Origin: Alphaproteobacteria bacterium
GTDB lineage: Bacteria > Pseudomonadota > Alphaproteobacteria > SP197
Assembly: GCA_964291415.2 (NCBI GenBank)
Contig: OZ219917.1
Location: forward strand, 352,001 to 416,000
Length of the DNA stretch: 64,000 nt
Direction of reading: 5' to 3'
Shown here: positions 62,774-64,000 of the stretch, in pieces
How positions within the stretch are numbered: position 1 is the stretch's first letter
Layout: the number at the start of each line of letters is the position of its first letter
The notes under the pieces: model-generated
The model's database searches: none
What the model saw: the letters and a program-made list of their open reading frames with translations, nothing else
Told to the model about the DNA's origin: nothing
Position numbers and translations under genes: made by a program

Positions 62774-63032
62774 GCGCCCTCCCTGCGCTGTCCCTAGAGC
62801 GTGTCGTCTTGGAGGACAAGGAAAGTGTCCGGGCACAGGGTCGACAGCCGTGGTGACCCCGAAAGCGGTTCGCAGGCGACAGACGAAGGTCATGAATGCG
62901 GAAGGCGCGCAATGGTTCGTCGTTCCGCTCGAGACGGTTGAGAAGGCGATCTGCGCGCGGCAGACTTCGCCCTCTGCAAGCCGGGCGCTGGCCCGGTCGC
63001 CGGGTGGCGATGCGACACGGAGTGCCTCAACG

Positions 63033-63395
63033 ATGGGCGAGCACCGCATGCAATGGAACGATTCCGTGCTGATCGACCAGATCATCGCGGGCACAAAGAC
63101 GGCGACTGTACGACCGCTGGAATGGAGCGAGGGGCTCGACTCCTACAACACCTCCATCCATTGCGGTGCGGTCTATACGGTCTACGACGCCGAAAGGACC
63201 CCTCGCTGCCGGATCAGGATCACTGGTGTCGAACTCTGCACCTGGGGAGCGATCCCCGACAGTCTGTGGCAACGCGATCCGGCGGCAGACGGCAGGGTGA
63301 GCCTGGAAGCCTTCCGGGCCGATCACTACGACTACTTCGGTCGACCCTCGGATGACCACGAGTTTCTCGCGATCTACTTCCAGCCTGTGTCCTGA
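63033..63395 (+). CDS. ASCH domain protein
   Basis: LIDQIIAGTKTAT...PRCRIRITGV, the ASCH GxKxxT signature. Confidence 0.8.
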   Translation: MGEHRMQWNDSVLIDQIIAGTKTATVRPLEWSEGLDSYNTSIHCGAVYTVYDAERTPRCRIRITGVELCTWGAIPDSLWQRDPAADGRVSLEAFRADHYDYFGRPSDDHEFLAIYFQPVS

Positions 63396-63489
63396 TGATG
63401 TCGACCGTTCCCCCGCAGTGCAGCCTGCCGGCGCCGATCCACGTGACTCCCCCTGCCTCTGATCGTGTCGGGCGCGTAATGGCGACAAC

Positions 63490-64000
63490 ATGACCCTTGC
63501 TCTCGACTTCTATCTCGACTGGAGCGTCAACTGTCAGTTCGCTGGCCTCCTCTGGGCCCGGGAAGAGGGCCTCTTTGCCGCGGAAGGCCTCGATGTGCGC
63601 CTGGTGCCGCCGGAGGAGAACCCCGACACCATCACTCTCGATCTCGTGCTCGCCGGCGAGTGCAGCGTGGGATGCATGGAGGACAACCTCATCGTTCGTG
63701 CGGTGGCGGCCGGAAAGAGCGTCAAGGCCATCGGTGCGACGATGCAGGATTCACCAATCCACCTCGTCACGCTGCCGGAAAGCGGCATGGCGTGCCTTGC
63801 GGATGTCGCCGGGCGCCGGATTGCCATGCACCGCGATGGCATCCATCTCCTGGAAACGGTCCTGGAACTCCATGGCATCGATCCCGGCTCCATGGAGACA
63901 ACGGTGGCAGGCTGGACGCTCGAGCAGCTTCTCGACGGCACCTTCGACGCCGTGCAGGGCTATGCCACCACGGAGCCTCACCATCTCCGGCGTCTTGGCC
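63490..64000 (+). CDS. ABC substrate-binding protein, NMT1/THI5 family (runs off window end)
   Basis: Manual translation gives MTLALDFYLDWSVNCQFAGLLWAREEGLFAAEGLDVRL...LAGRRIA...FDAVQGYATTEP. Confidence 0.82.
   Translation, partial: MTLALDFYLDWSVNCQFAGLLWAREEGLFAAEGLDVRLVPPEENPDTITLDLVLAGECSVGCMEDNLIVRAVAAGKSVKAIGATMQDSPIHLVTLPESGMACLADVAGRRIAMHRDGIHLLETVLELHGIDPGSMETTVAGWTLEQLLDGTFDAVQGYATTEPHHLRRLG

Overview
GC-rich alphaproteobacterial chromosome segment (gene set and order are Rhodospirillales-like; this is an inference) spanning the replication origin region. It contains ppsR(PDRP)-oriC-hemE-hemH-hemJ-rho, two perfect parS palindromes and mnmE-mnmG-rsmG-parA-parB, plus cobT/cobS/cobC, purH, tyrC-hisC-chorismate mutase and metX-metW. 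Accessory blocks are interleaved: a SauUSI-like PLD-helicase-DUF3427 restriction gene, several Rieske-oxygenase catabolic clusters, an NrtR/ARPP-1/ADP-ribosylglycohydrolase module with visible tandem NrtR operators, and an MMPL/LolA-like/outer-membrane barrel lipid-transport module. The most striking feature is a ~1.28 kb element whose only gene is a catalytically intact TnpB. It is bounded by imperfect terminal inverted repeats and a 7/8-identical 8-bp target-site duplication, hallmarks of DDE/IS1595-type elements rather than IS200/IS605, and it sits exactly between the mnmE stop codon and a parS site. At least seven genes, including rho, carry 1-2 nt frameshifts, mostly at short homopolymers. 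These are most likely assembly indel errors, so pseudogene calls should be treated with caution.
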